NCBI GenBank assembly: GCA_031283515.1
Contig: JAITBS010000077.1
Coordinates: forward strand, 1-54,587
Direction: 5' to 3'
DNA from: Planctomycetaceae bacterium
GTDB taxonomy: Bacteria > Planctomycetota > Planctomycetia > Pirellulales > Thermoguttaceae
DNA: 54,587 nt
This document shows, piece after piece, positions 8,729-18,478 of the stretch. The notes below the pieces were generated by a model. It ran no database searches, had not been told where the DNA came from, and worked only from the letters and a program-made list of their open reading frames with translations. The translations under genes and the position numbers were made by a program. Positions within the stretch are counted from its first letter, which is position 1, and every line of letters begins with the position of its first letter.

Positions 8729-9865
8729 CTTATAGCGTATGGTGAGGTAACTTTCATAGCGGCGGAGGTCTAATCGTCCTTCCGCAACCGCGTTTTTGAC
8801 CGCGCAATCATCTTCGTGAGAATGCGTACAATCAGGGAATCGACAACGATTTTCATACGGGCGCAAATCTCGGAATAAACCAAACACTTCTTCCGGTATA
8901 ATATCCCACAACATAAATTCCCGCAAACCCGGTGTGTCCACAACAAAACCTCCAAATGATAACTGATGTAATGCTGCTGTTGTTGTTGTGTGTTGCCCTT
9001 TTTGAGTACTGCCAAGATCGGCAACCCGCAGATTTAACGCCGGATCAATCATGTTGAGAAGCGACGATTTACCCACTCCACTCTGACCCGTCACCACACT
9101 TTCCCGATTAATGAGTTGTTGCCGTAACCGCTCCATCCCAAAACCCGTCTCCGCACTCAGAAGTATGACCTTGTAACCCATTTGGGAATACACCCCAATA
9201 ATCGGTTGCAACTCCGTTTTATTAATCAGATCAATCTTATTAATACAAATAATCGGTTTCACTCCGGTTTGTTCCGCCGTCAAAAGTAACCGATCAATCA
9301 GATTGGGTTTGAACACCGGTTGGTCGGCACTGGCAACAATCAGTATCTGGTCAACATTGGTAACAATCACATGTTTCCGGTGTTTACTTTCTCTCGAAAT
9401 ACTTCCGTGACGCGGTTCGACCCGCTCAATCATCGCCTCGTTCACCCCAGACACAACACCCACAACAGGACGAATAAGAACCCGATCCCCCGTCACAACC
9501 GGTTGCCGTTGCTCGGTGGACATTGTCTTCAGTATCCGGCGCGTCACACTTTGGAATATCCGACCATCGTCCGTCTGAACAACACTACTCGCCCCATGAA
9601 CACATAACACCCGACCAAATAACACCACTCCACTACTCGACTCAGGAAGAATCGTAAACCCATATTCCTCACCAGATTCAACCCACTCGCCAATAACCGT
9701 TCGGCGACGCGATAATTCACTCTTACCGCCAATCCGTTCCACAGATATTTCCGATTCCTCTTCAAAACCGTGTTCCTCAAAACGTTGTGTCCAGTCATCA
9801 ATTCGAGTTCGTTTGGATCGGTTCTTACGGAATGTAACACGGAGTTTTTTCGGTTTTTTCATCAC
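8726..9865 (-). CDS. rsgA: Ribosome small-subunit-dependent GTPase A
   Basis: Circularly permuted GTPase motifs (NKIDL ... GQSGVGKSSLLN) and the C-terminal zinc motif CRFPDCTHSHEDDCAV. Confidence 0.9.
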   Translation of the reverse strand: MMKKPKKLRVTFRKNRSKRTRIDDWTQRFEEHGFEEESEISVERIGGKSELSRRRTVIGEWVESGEEYGFTILPESSSGVVLFGRVLCVHGASSVVQTDDGRIFQSVTRRILKTMSTEQRQPVVTGDRVLIRPVVGVVSGVNEAMIERVEPRHGSISRESKHRKHVIVTNVDQILIVASADQPVFKPNLIDRLLLTAEQTGVKPIICINKIDLINKTELQPIIGVYSQMGYKVILLSAETGFGMERLRQQLINRESVVTGQSGVGKSSLLNMIDPALNLRVADLGSTQKGQHTTTTAALHQLSFGGFVVDTPGLREFMLWDIIPEEVFGLFRDLRPYENRCRFPDCTHSHEDDCAVKNAVAEGRLDLRRYESYLTIRYK

Positions 9866-10031
9866 CGTTCAGCTTGGTTTTGGTAATTCTTAATTTTAAC
9901 AAATGCCCCTTTTATAACCAACTCTCGATCCATAAACTCTGCCCAGCCTCAAATTATCACCCACAAAAATCAGTATAACCAATGTCAGAAAAAAATCAAT
10001 CGCCAGTTTTTGAATAGATAGTTTAGGTAGT

Positions 10032-10192
10032 TGATAGTGGATAGTTGATAGTGGATAATTGAGAGTTAATAGTGAATAGTGTCGCAAGCGGAGTAATACC
10101 ATTGCGGCAATAATCCGCTTGCGAAACTACTAACTATTCACTACTAACTATTCACTACTAACTATTCACTACTAACTATTCACTACTAACTA
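10032..10192. repeat. Heptamer-arm palindrome; the right arm is a 14-bp tandem (ACTACTAACTATTC x ~4.8)
   Basis: Core TCGCAAGCGGAGTAATACC...AATCCGCTTGCGA. The right arm abuts the ATG at 10193. Confidence 0.75.
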
Positions 10193-10645
10193 ATGCCGAT
10201 TCCTTTATTTCTTATTGTTCCGGATCGCCGGTTAATTCGGGCAATTCATGTTGCCGACGAACAGCACCAGTTCGAAATCACCCGCTTTCGCTCACTTCAA
10301 CACGCCCTCGAAAAAGGAAATACCGATAAAAATTCGCCAAGACTTCTCATTGTTCAATGGAATAGCGAAGACATTCTAAAAGAACTCGCCCAAAATAAAT
10401 CCTTCAATCCCATACCTTATTCTTCGCGTCTTATCGTTTATTATCCGGAACTTTCACAAAAAACGCCCGCCGAAGGTGAAGAAATCCGTTTCGCTCTCCT
10501 CCAACTCAAAATAATCACCGTTTTTTCGCAACTTCGTGAACTCCCCTCTGTCCTTGACATCGCCCAACATTACGCCAACCGCTTCACAACTCCGCAAAAA
10601 CAATGGACTCAAATCATTGACGACACGTTGCCCTGGAAAAAATAA
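10193..10645 (+). CDS. Hypothetical protein
   Basis: 150-aa ORF with no recognisable motif. There is no SD sequence, and the repeat arm abuts the start codon. Confidence 0.45.
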   Translation: MPIPLFLIVPDRRLIRAIHVADEQHQFEITRFRSLQHALEKGNTDKNSPRLLIVQWNSEDILKELAQNKSFNPIPYSSRLIVYYPELSQKTPAEGEEIRFALLQLKIITVFSQLRELPSVLDIAQHYANRFTTPQKQWTQIIDDTLPWKK

Positions 10646-10751
10646 AGTCAACTCAATTCCAAAAAATCGTAATTTAATAGAACATCAATCAACTGAATGC
10701 AAGAAGAATAAAAATATTATCGGGACGAAATTCTAATATTTCTTTATTGTT

Positions 10752-11666
10752 TTATTTTTTGGGCGAACAGAGTTCACACGAATTCAATCCGCAACAACAT
10801 TCCGTTAAACGGGCAAGATAATGAATATTGTCTCCGGCACCTTGAAAACCAATAACACGTTTATCAATAGTGGTTTCTTGACGAATAAAATGTCCGGCGT
10901 CAAGATCAAGTTCCATTTTACCGGATAAAAATTTGTCAAGGATTTGCGATTCTTCTTTGGGCGTCAGAGGAGTCAATATTCTTGTAGCGAATTTGATCAC
11001 CGCAATACCGGAATGAACACCGAACAATGTAAATTCTTGTCTTGTATTGATTTTTTTAACCGTACCGTTGGACTGTGCAATTTCAACCGGCATTACTTCC
11101 GACCAAGAATCACCGACAGCAACAGGTTCTTTCGGTAACAGAATTACAATACGATTTTCCGTACTTGTACTGCCGGAATAAATTCGAAGCGGTTTTTTGG
11201 AAGTTTTGCCAAGAACGTCAATCGAAATGTGTGCTAAGGGGACACCAATTGTTCCATCAAGATTGATAAATGCGCCGGGAATATTTTTATCCTTTCGGCT
11301 GTTGTACTCTGCGATTTTGGCACCATCTTTATCTGTTTGAAATTGACGCATATTTACATCGTCAACAAGATATTCAAATGTTGCAGTTTCTTTGTTATCA
11401 ACACTAATTACCGTCCAGACTTTGGTTGATCGGCTTGTTGTTTCAACAACTTCTTCAACTCCACTCACCGATGTCCGAATCTTCAACGATTGTAAAACAT
11501 TCCAACGCAGAACATTTCCCTTTTGGAAACGATAACGGAGTAAGTACTTATTAGATTCTGTTGACGAATCAGCATGAACATTTTGAATGTGATCCGAAAA
11601 TAACACAAACAACAAAAAAACTGCCGCGCAAAAAAACGCGGCACAAAAGAAAAAACGTTGCATCAT
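10752..11666 (-). CDS. Hypothetical secreted protein
   Basis: 304-aa ORF with a hydrophobic N-terminal signal-like segment and a Cys-rich C-terminus. Confidence 0.65.
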   Translation of the reverse strand: MMQRFFFCAAFFCAAVFLLFVLFSDHIQNVHADSSTESNKYLLRYRFQKGNVLRWNVLQSLKIRTSVSGVEEVVETTSRSTKVWTVISVDNKETATFEYLVDDVNMRQFQTDKDGAKIAEYNSRKDKNIPGAFINLDGTIGVPLAHISIDVLGKTSKKPLRIYSGSTSTENRIVILLPKEPVAVGDSWSEVMPVEIAQSNGTVKKINTRQEFTLFGVHSGIAVIKFATRILTPLTPKEESQILDKFLSGKMELDLDAGHFIRQETTIDKRVIGFQGAGDNIHYLARLTECCCGLNSCELCSPKK

Positions 11667-11684
11667 AACAGTACAATGAAAAAT

Positions 11685-12125
11685 TTACGTTGATGTTTCT
11701 GTTTCTTTTTTCTTATTTTTGGAACCTCGCCGCGGTTTTTTAACGGTTTTGATTTCTTCGGTTTTCCGTTTGACAGCACGTTCTTTGAGGCGTACTGCCT
11801 TACCGACACGATCTCGCAGGAAATACAATTTTGCACGATGAACAACTGCACTACGAACCGTTTCGATTTTAGCGATTCGTGGGGAATGAAGAGCGAATTT
11901 TCGTTCCACACCTTCACCTGCCACAATCCGGCGGACAGTAAACATTTCCCGTGTTCCGCTTCCGCTTCGGGCAATGACAACTCCGTTGAAAATCTGAATA
12001 CGTTCTTTTTCACCTTCGAGAATACGGCAATGTACATTAACCGTATCACCAATTTCAAACTGTGAAATTTCCGATTGCGGTTTTTTACTTTGTGCCTCAA
12101 CAATATTTATCAATTGGTCACTCAT
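11685..12125 (-). CDS. rplS: 50S ribosomal protein L19 with a Lys-rich C-terminal tail
   Basis: FEIGDTV.V...EG.KERIQ.F.G.VIA..G....E.FTVRR...GEGVER motif set. Confidence 0.95.
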   Translation of the reverse strand: MSDQLINIVEAQSKKPQSEISQFEIGDTVNVHCRILEGEKERIQIFNGVVIARSGSGTREMFTVRRIVAGEGVERKFALHSPRIAKIETVRSAVVHRAKLYFLRDRVGKAVRLKERAVKRKTEEIKTVKKPRRGSKNKKKETETST

Positions 12126-12207
12126 AATTTTGTCTCCATTTGTAACGAATTACTTCGTTATTTATTTTGTTTTGTCTTTGGTTATTGAAAATTGCGAAAA
12201 TAGTGTT

Positions 12208-12930
12208 TCAGTTTTTTGGTGATGAATTACCGGAAGCGGTTACTAATAAGTCGGGTCTTTTTTCTTTTGTTCGTTGTAAACTATTGTTGTTGCGCCATTG
12301 GGCGATTTCGGCGTGGTTTCCGCTCAACAGTATTTCCGGTACGGAAAAACCGCGATATTCTCTTGGTCTTGTGTAATGAGCGCAATCTAAAATTCGGTTA
12401 CCGGTTGAAAAGGAATCAAACCGGTTGGAATCTTCGTCACCCAAAACGCCGCGAATTAATCGCATTACTGTTTCAATGACAACCATTGCCGCAACTTCTC
12501 CACCATTGAGAATATAATCGCCGATGGAAACTTCTTCGGGTTTAAGGATTTCAGCAACACGTTCATCGAAACCCTCATATCTTCCGCAAAGCATTACAAT
12601 CCGTTGTTCTGTTGCGAGTTCCTCCGCAAACCTCTGATTAAAACAACGTCCTTGCGGCGTGAACATCAACAATCGTCCAGGTTGTTGTTGATGCTGTATT
12701 TCTTCAACACAGGGAACAACTCGATCAACTTTGAGCAACATTCCAGGACCACCGCCAAAAGGACGATCATCCATAGTTGCGTGTTTATCGTCTGCCCAAT
12801 CCCGCATATTATGAAGCCGAACTTCGATTTTTTGTGCTGCCAAAGCCCCTTTCAAAACACTTTCCGAAAGAAATCCTTCGAAAATACTGGGGAAAAGTGT
12901 TAAAACATCAAAACAAATTACTGACGGCAT
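12208..12930 (-). CDS. trmD: tRNA (guanine37-N1)-methyltransferase
   Basis: FDVLTLFPSIFEGF..., RPFGGGPGM, CGRYEGFDERV and IGDYILNGGE motifs. Confidence 0.95.
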   Translation of the reverse strand: MPSVICFDVLTLFPSIFEGFLSESVLKGALAAQKIEVRLHNMRDWADDKHATMDDRPFGGGPGMLLKVDRVVPCVEEIQHQQQPGRLLMFTPQGRCFNQRFAEELATEQRIVMLCGRYEGFDERVAEILKPEEVSIGDYILNGGEVAAMVVIETVMRLIRGVLGDEDSNRFDSFSTGNRILDCAHYTRPREYRGFSVPEILLSGNHAEIAQWRNNNSLQRTKEKRPDLLVTASGNSSPKN

Positions 12931-13020
12931 GAACTTTGCTAAACACGGAATCTTGCAAGCAGAACAAATAATACGATGATGATTGATATTTTCTGATTGA
13001 TATTTTGTTCAATACGGGAT

Positions 13021-13461
13021 TTATGTTTCTGTGGGTGTTGTTTCGGTAGTTGTATTATTTTTTTTCTTTTGTTTTGATTTTTTTTGTTGTTGCAGTGGTT
13101 GTTGCTGCAGTTGTTGTGTTTGTGGTTGTGGTGATGATTCGATTGTATAAGTTGAACGTGGGCGGCGATTTACCAAGCGTCCCAATGCCATTTTTTGGTT
13201 TTCGAGATGTGTTCCGTCGAGTCCGTATTTTTTGATGAGTACGGAAACTTTATCAGACGGTTGGGCTCCGACACCGATCCAGTATTTGATACGTTCGCCG
13301 TTCAAAATGGCACGAGCGTCGGTTTCCGATACCATTGGATCGTAATATCCCACCTCTTCGAGTACCCGACCATCACGCGGAGTTCGGGCGTCCATCACAC
13401 AAACACGGAAAAACGGACGATGAAGCCGTCCCATTTTTTTCATACGAATTTTAACTGCCAA
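13021..13461 (-). CDS. rpsP: 30S ribosomal protein S16 with a Gln/Lys/Thr-rich C-terminal extension
   Basis: MAVKIRMKKMGRLHRPFFRVCVMDARTPRDGR...GYYDP. Confidence 0.95.
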   Translation of the reverse strand: MAVKIRMKKMGRLHRPFFRVCVMDARTPRDGRVLEEVGYYDPMVSETDARAILNGERIKYWIGVGAQPSDKVSVLIKKYGLDGTHLENQKMALGRLVNRRPRSTYTIESSPQPQTQQLQQQPLQQQKKSKQKKKNNTTTETTPTET

Positions 13462-13623
13462 CTGTTTTCTCCTTAAATAGTTAAGTAAAAGTAAGAGGAA
13501 TGAATGCCGATAAAATTTTCACTTGACCCAATAAAAAAACTCCCGAATTGGTTCCCAATTCGAAATAACATGTTTTGCCTATTATCACTTACAATCTAGG
13601 GTACGAAAAGGGGGGGCTAAAAA

Positions 13624-13705
13624 AGTTGAAAGTGGAGAGTTCGCATGAGGAGTATTGGCTAAAACGTTCCGGCAGTAATCCTCATGCGAACATTATTCAC
13701 TGTCA
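13624..13705. repeat. Short, degenerate member of the heptamer-arm palindrome family
   Basis: AGTTGAAAGTGGAGAGT-TCGCATGAGGAG...ATCCTCATGCGAAC-ATTATTCACT. Confidence 0.55.
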
Positions 13706-13912
13706 CCCCCAAAATATCCAAATTAACTCGCCATTACACACCAGCCTGTAAGTGTTAGGCTTTTTTTGAAAAAACCATAAATATTGTAAAAGGGGGCGGT
13801 TGTTTTAGAACAAAATTGAATTAGAATGATCACTCACTTAAATTAATTTTCGAATTAGTAGAGAATTTTTTCAAAAAACAAAATATTTTTTTTGTGAGGG
13901 GGGAAATATCTC

Positions 13913-13940
13913 TTGACGGACATTTAGTGTTTACTATAAT
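13913..13940 (+). promoter_or_regulatory. Sigma-70-like promoter (TTGACG-N16-TATAAT)
   Basis: -35 at 13913-13918 and consensus -10 at 13935-13940. Structured sequence lies downstream. Confidence 0.5.
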
Positions 13941-14468
13941 TACTGCCGTATGCTGATGGTATGCGCCGCACGGCAGCGATAAATCGTGTTGAAAAAACAT
14001 GATTTCCCTCTTAAGTTGATGTCCGGTATTGACCGATAACGTCAGAGGTGAATTAAATTTGTTTCGACAAATTTAATTTCTATAAAAGTTGCTCGTAACA
14101 TAGTTTATGTTTGGCGGTCTGTTATTGTACTTTATAAAAACGATATACGTACTTTGCACAAAAACAAACAATAAATAAATCACCGCAACTCTCCAAACAA
14201 CAGAATACAGTTGCTGAAAACACAGAACCAAATTACCACACAAAGAATAGTACAGTCCAGATTATTCAGACAATTCGCTTAAATCAACAAAGAAAAATAT
14301 TCAGAATTGTCTATAATTATACCAATGAAACCGCAATATCCGTTTAGGTTAACACGTTCGGTTTTGCTGAAATTAGTATTTTGTAATTGAATATTTCAAT
14401 TGATTTTTTTAATTTATTACTACTAGATTCGTTAAGGAAGGCGAAAAAGAAGATCACGAGGTGAGCGT

Positions 14469-14684
14469 ATGAAAAACGTATTTGATACGATACTGGAAAC
14501 CGGACATGATGAAGAATTTGTTCCTGTTGTAACCGAAGATTTCCGACCGACAGATGCACCGGCAGGTTCTCCGGCAAAACTGGAAGTTTTGGCAGAACGT
14601 GTTCGTAAGGGCTTACCGCTTTGGCACCCCGAAGATCGGGTCGATTACGCCGGTTTAACCGGAGCAGTGCGGCCGCGAGACTAA
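14469..14684 (+). CDS. Small hypothetical protein (71 aa)
   Basis: ATG preceded by AGGAAGG...GAGGTGAGCGT. Locally higher GC than the surroundings, and a hairpin terminator follows. Confidence 0.5.
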   Translation: MKNVFDTILETGHDEEFVPVVTEDFRPTDAPAGSPAKLEVLAERVRKGLPLWHPEDRVDYAGLTGAVRPRD

Positions 14685-14710
14685 TTGAAATTGTTTTGTT
14701 TTATTTTATT

Positions 14711-14750
14711 ATCGCTAGTAACGGATTCATTCGTTCCTAGCGATTTTATT
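14711..14750 (+). terminator. Putative intrinsic terminator
   Basis: ATCGCTAGTAACGG-ATTCAT-TCGTTCCTAGCGAT stem-loop followed by TTTATT. Confidence 0.45.
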
Positions 14751-14817
14751 GTTATTATTCATTGACAATGAGGTAATAAACAACAGTAACAACCAAATTC
14801 ATTCAACAATTCACATT

Positions 14818-15774
14818 ATGAATATTCTTGCGTTGGATATTGGCGGTTCCAAATTGATTGCGGCATTGTTGTTTGCTGATGATTCTCGATTCGAGATATT
14901 TTCTGCGGCACACCGGAATTTGGCGATTGATTGTCGTCGGGAACAACTTCTCACTCTGATTGATGATGCTGTTGCGGAACTTGGAAATATCTCATTTGAA
15001 CGGGTTGGTATTACCATCCCCGGTTTGGCGGATTCTTGCAATGGTATTTGGGTTTACGCTTGTTTTTCGGGGATTCGGGATTTTCCGATAGTCCAAATTC
15101 TTTCCGAACGCTATGGCAATAAACCGATTGCCATCGAAAATGATGTTAATGCTTGTGCATTGGCAGAAAAAAAGTATGGCAAATGTCGGGAGTTAAACGA
15201 TTTTCTTTGGATAACAGTCAGTAATGGTATTGGCGGCGGTCTTATTCTGAACGGCGAAGTTTATTCGGGACATTTTGGCGGGGCGGCGGAGATTGGTCAT
15301 TTTGTGGTTATGGATTCAGTTGACGGTTGCCAACCTCCGATTCGTTGTGGTTGTGGTCATTTTGGTTGTCTTGAAGCCGAAGCTGCTGGACCGGGGATTG
15401 CCAAGCGTTACGCTTGGAAACTTCAGGAGCAGCATCAGTCGAACCCGACGCGGTCAACGCCGATTTTATCGGCTTATACAGCTCACAAGGTTGCGGAACT
15501 CGCTCGTAACGGCGATTCGCTTGCCTTGTCGGTGATGGAAACAACCGGCACACTTCTTGGTAAAGCGGCGAGTTATGCTGTTAACCTTTTGAACTTGGAA
15601 GCGGTCATATTTGGGGGCGGCGTGATACAATCATTTGATCTTCTCTTGCCTTCTCTGGAAAAATCATTCCGCACGCGGCTTTTCCGGAGTGCCAACCCTT
15701 CCGTAAAACTGGAACAAACGGGACTCGGTTATCATGCCGGACTTGCCGGAGCGGCGGCAATAACGTTGTTCTGA
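14818..15774 (+). CDS. ROK-family sugar kinase (second paralogue)
   Basis: Start set at the ATG (MNILALDIGGSKL). ENDVNACALAE and the CGCGHFGCLE zinc motif are present. Confidence 0.85.
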   Translation: MNILALDIGGSKLIAALLFADDSRFEIFSAAHRNLAIDCRREQLLTLIDDAVAELGNISFERVGITIPGLADSCNGIWVYACFSGIRDFPIVQILSERYGNKPIAIENDVNACALAEKKYGKCRELNDFLWITVSNGIGGGLILNGEVYSGHFGGAAEIGHFVVMDSVDGCQPPIRCGCGHFGCLEAEAAGPGIAKRYAWKLQEQHQSNPTRSTPILSAYTAHKVAELARNGDSLALSVMETTGTLLGKAASYAVNLLNLEAVIFGGGVIQSFDLLLPSLEKSFRTRLFRSANPSVKLEQTGLGYHAGLAGAAAITLF

Positions 15775-15798
15775 TCCAAGACGGGCTCTAATGAATGA

Positions 15799-17232
15799 TT
15801 ACGGTTCATGGGAATCCTTTTCGTTATTCACGATGATTTCACCGACAAGCGTATTTGTTGGGAAGTTTGCGAGGATGTACGTATTTCGTCCGGCGTCCAC
15901 CTGAATTGTTCGGCTATGTTCTGTTCCAAGACGAGTTGAACTTGGCGAATGCCGATAGCTATTGTCAGCAAGAGAAAATACACGGCTGGATGGTTGTAAG
16001 GAAAGGCGGTGCTCTCCTGCTGGTACTTCTATCCGTGCCGCTTGAATTTCTGCTGGTAAAAGATTCCAACAACGAGTATCAGCTGTTTCCAGAGCTTCCC
16101 AAAGAAGCCCGCCAAGTTCCATTGCCAAACTAATCCAAGGATTGGTATCCATTATTTCCTTACTTCCGTACACGATTCCTTTTTTGAGCGAACGCCGAAT
16201 CACTGCTCTTGCAATAACTTGCGGTTTCACTGCTTCAAATTGTTCTTCTGCCATACGTCCGATATTGGTTAATGTTTCTGTTTGAGCAGACCATTTTCCA
16301 TCGATCGACACGGTAAGAGCCGGCACTGCTTCACGCGGACGGACAACAACCGGAATCATCACCGGTGCGAAATCGGGAATAACTGGACGTTGACTTGACA
16401 TTGCGAGGATTAGTGTTGTCCAGAACTGGGCAGCTTGTAAAACTTCGCAATTCTGTTGCAACTTGTAAGGACCGGCGCCGACAAGTCCGAAAACATACAC
16501 GACACCATATCCTGAGGCACAGTGAAAACCTGTTTTAGCTCGTTCTAAATCGCGTTGTCCTTGTGTGAAATCTGGTTCCCAATGACAAACGGTTTCGTAG
16601 GCTTTGGCGACATCATCGTAATTGCGGAGTGTTTCTTCCTGCATAACACCGAACAGATAAGGTCCGACAGCGGTTTGCCGATAGGATTTTTCTTTAAGAT
16701 TTAGTGTTTTATGCTCATTGTTTGGGTCTTTGACGATTCCGTTTTGAATGATTTCATTTTGTTTTTGATTGATTTGCAGGGCATAAGCTGGGGCATCGGT
16801 TCCGTCATACATTAAGTTTGCCAGTGCGAGAAAAACACGAATCAACACTTTTTCGTAATCTTCACCGGCATAAGAGACGGTATTATCATCGAGCAACATG
16901 GAAACAGTTTTTTCGGCGACATTGACGACACGTTCTCTTTCATTTTTATCAAAATGGTCACGAACTTCTCGTAATAGTTTTTCGGCTTCGCGTGGTTTTC
17001 CGCTGCACAGTTCGATGATAGATTGATTTAATTTGAGCAAATCAATTTCGTGCCGTCGTTTTTTTTTCAGACATTTATTGATTTCTTTCTGGGCGTCTTC
17101 AAGTTTTCCCTGTTCAAAATGATTACGAATTTTGAGGTGCCGTTCGCCAAAACTGGCGCAGCCCGCAACTCCAATCAGAACACTGACTGCAAAAAAATAG
17201 AAAACCGGCTTAATCCCAATCAACAAATTCAT
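15799..17232 (-). CDS. Hypothetical lipoprotein with a TPR-like N-terminal part
   Basis: Start set at the ATG giving MNLLIGIKPVFYFFAVSVLIGVAGC (lipobox). Long uninterrupted ORF. Confidence 0.7.
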   Translation of the reverse strand: MNLLIGIKPVFYFFAVSVLIGVAGCASFGERHLKIRNHFEQGKLEDAQKEINKCLKKKRRHEIDLLKLNQSIIELCSGKPREAEKLLREVRDHFDKNERERVVNVAEKTVSMLLDDNTVSYAGEDYEKVLIRVFLALANLMYDGTDAPAYALQINQKQNEIIQNGIVKDPNNEHKTLNLKEKSYRQTAVGPYLFGVMQEETLRNYDDVAKAYETVCHWEPDFTQGQRDLERAKTGFHCASGYGVVYVFGLVGAGPYKLQQNCEVLQAAQFWTTLILAMSSQRPVIPDFAPVMIPVVVRPREAVPALTVSIDGKWSAQTETLTNIGRMAEEQFEAVKPQVIARAVIRRSLKKGIVYGSKEIMDTNPWISLAMELGGLLWEALETADTRCWNLLPAEIQAARIEVPAGEHRLSLQPSSRVFSLADNSYRHSPSSTRLGTEHSRTIQVDAGRNTYILANFPTNTLVGEIIVNNEKDSHEP

Positions 17233-17312
17233 GGGTGAAATAGTACTGTTTGCCCCAAATTTCCGCAAGACCAATTTTGATACTGTTCAAGATATATTTA
17301 CGGAAAGAACAT

Positions 17313-17527
17313 TAATATATTAGTGGAATTATTATTTTTTATTCTTCACCCCAAGCAACTGTGTTTTTGTCAAATGGAAGTGAATAGTTGCGCAAGCGGA
17401 GTAATACCGTTTTGGTAAATTAGGACGCTTGCGACACTATTCACTATTCACTATTCACTCATAACTATTCACTAATACGCTCCTATCGGGGCTAATGGGA
17501 AAAACAAAAATTTCACTGATATATTAC
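17313..17527. mobile_element. MITE-like composite with degenerate termini enclosing a heptamer-arm palindrome
   Basis: TAATATATTAGTGGAAT ... TTTCACTGATATATTAC. The core GTTGCGCAAGCGGAGTAATACCGTTTTGGTAAATTAGGACGCTTGCGAC is the reverse complement of the 6232-6281 core. Confidence 0.7.
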
Positions 17528-17727
17528 AAAATTTTTAATTTTTTTTTTCCTACCACTTCCCAGCCGTACACACATTCGTAGAATACTATACTCAATCCTG
17601 ATAATAATGAAGGGTTATGGCGATGCCGTGTTGGGGACTTCGCAATGAAAACTAAAATATACCAACCATTGGATAGTTACAAAATTTTATAGCGATTTTG
17701 ACTTTTTAAGGAGAAAATAGCCAAACT

Positions 17728-18210
17728 ATGACTGCCACATTAAAATCAAAAAGTATTAAAAACAATTCTTCCTCTGTAAAATCGGTCTCTGTCAAACCAA
17801 ATAAAATACAGAGTTCAGTACCGGTTGTTATGTTACCAACGGTTCCGCTGCCAACACTTCCGTTGCCAACTGCTCCGCTCTCAACTACTCCATCACCAAC
17901 TACTCCATCACCAACAGCTCCAATACCAGCAGTTTGGGTATCAACAGAACATAAACTAGTTAATTTTTTCATTGACGATTTCGATGATGATTTCGACGAT
18001 GACGATTTCGATATTGATTTCGACGATGATTTTGAAAGTCTTTCTGATGCCGAATTTGATGAATACGGCGATATTGATGAAAGTGATTTTGAAGATATTG
18101 AAATACCAGATGAAGACTTTGACGAAGATATTGGCGAAAATGACAACTTCGATGATTTCGACGGTCTGGATTCCGACGAAAATACCTTCGATGGCGATTT
18201 GCCCAAATAA
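17728..18210 (+). CDS. Hypothetical extremely acidic Asp/Phe/Glu-rich protein with a Pro/Thr-rich N-terminal part
   Basis: ATG 9 nt after AAGGAG. A mirror ORF exists on the opposite strand, so strand choice rests on the SD sequence and the ATG. Confidence 0.5.
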   Translation: MTATLKSKSIKNNSSSVKSVSVKPNKIQSSVPVVMLPTVPLPTLPLPTAPLSTTPSPTTPSPTAPIPAVWVSTEHKLVNFFIDDFDDDFDDDDFDIDFDDDFESLSDAEFDEYGDIDESDFEDIEIPDEDFDEDIGENDNFDDFDGLDSDENTFDGDLPK

Positions 18211-18399
18211 ATAAAACATAAGTAATGTATTGCCGTTGATATACCTATCACACTTGAATATTCGGTTTTCATTTTTTGGCAAGATCAATAGATTTTGACA
18301 AAATCAACAGAATTGGCAGAAGAATTAGCAGAATTTTCAAATAAAAGACACAAAAATTCTGCTCTTAGAAAAACGAATTTTAAAGTGTAATGATAATAA

Positions 18400-18478
18400 C
18401 GCAAGCGGAATGATTGCCGTTGCGGTAAAACTCCGCTTGAGGCACTGTCCGCTCTCAACTCCCCACTCTCAACTATTA
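18400..18478. repeat. Partial member of the heptamer-arm palindrome family (core plus one arm)
   Basis: CGCAAGCGGAATGATTGCCGTTGCGGTAAAACTCCGCTTGAGG followed by CTCTCAACTCCCCACTCTCAACTAT. Confidence 0.6.

Noticed and set aside
10040-10060. DnaA-box-like AGTGGATAA and CTATCCACT strings inside heptamer arms
   Set aside because: These are only 7-8 of 9 matches generated by the heptamer repertoire (AGTGGAT units). They are not clustered outside the repeats.
11663-12103. 146-aa ORF overlapping rplS in another frame
   Set aside because: The rplS frame gives a clear L19 match, while the alternative frame has no recognisable features.
13743-13767. Plus-strand intrinsic terminator (AGCCT-N9-AGGCT plus T7)
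   Set aside because: The stem is only 5 bp, and no identified plus-strand gene lies upstream. It is kept only as a weak hint of a small transcript through 13600-13767.
17706-18272. 188-aa Ser-rich ORF on the minus strand
   Set aside because: It is the mirror image of the low-complexity plus-strand ORF and has no SD sequence. The plus-strand ORF has AAGGAG plus an ATG. Neither reading is proven.
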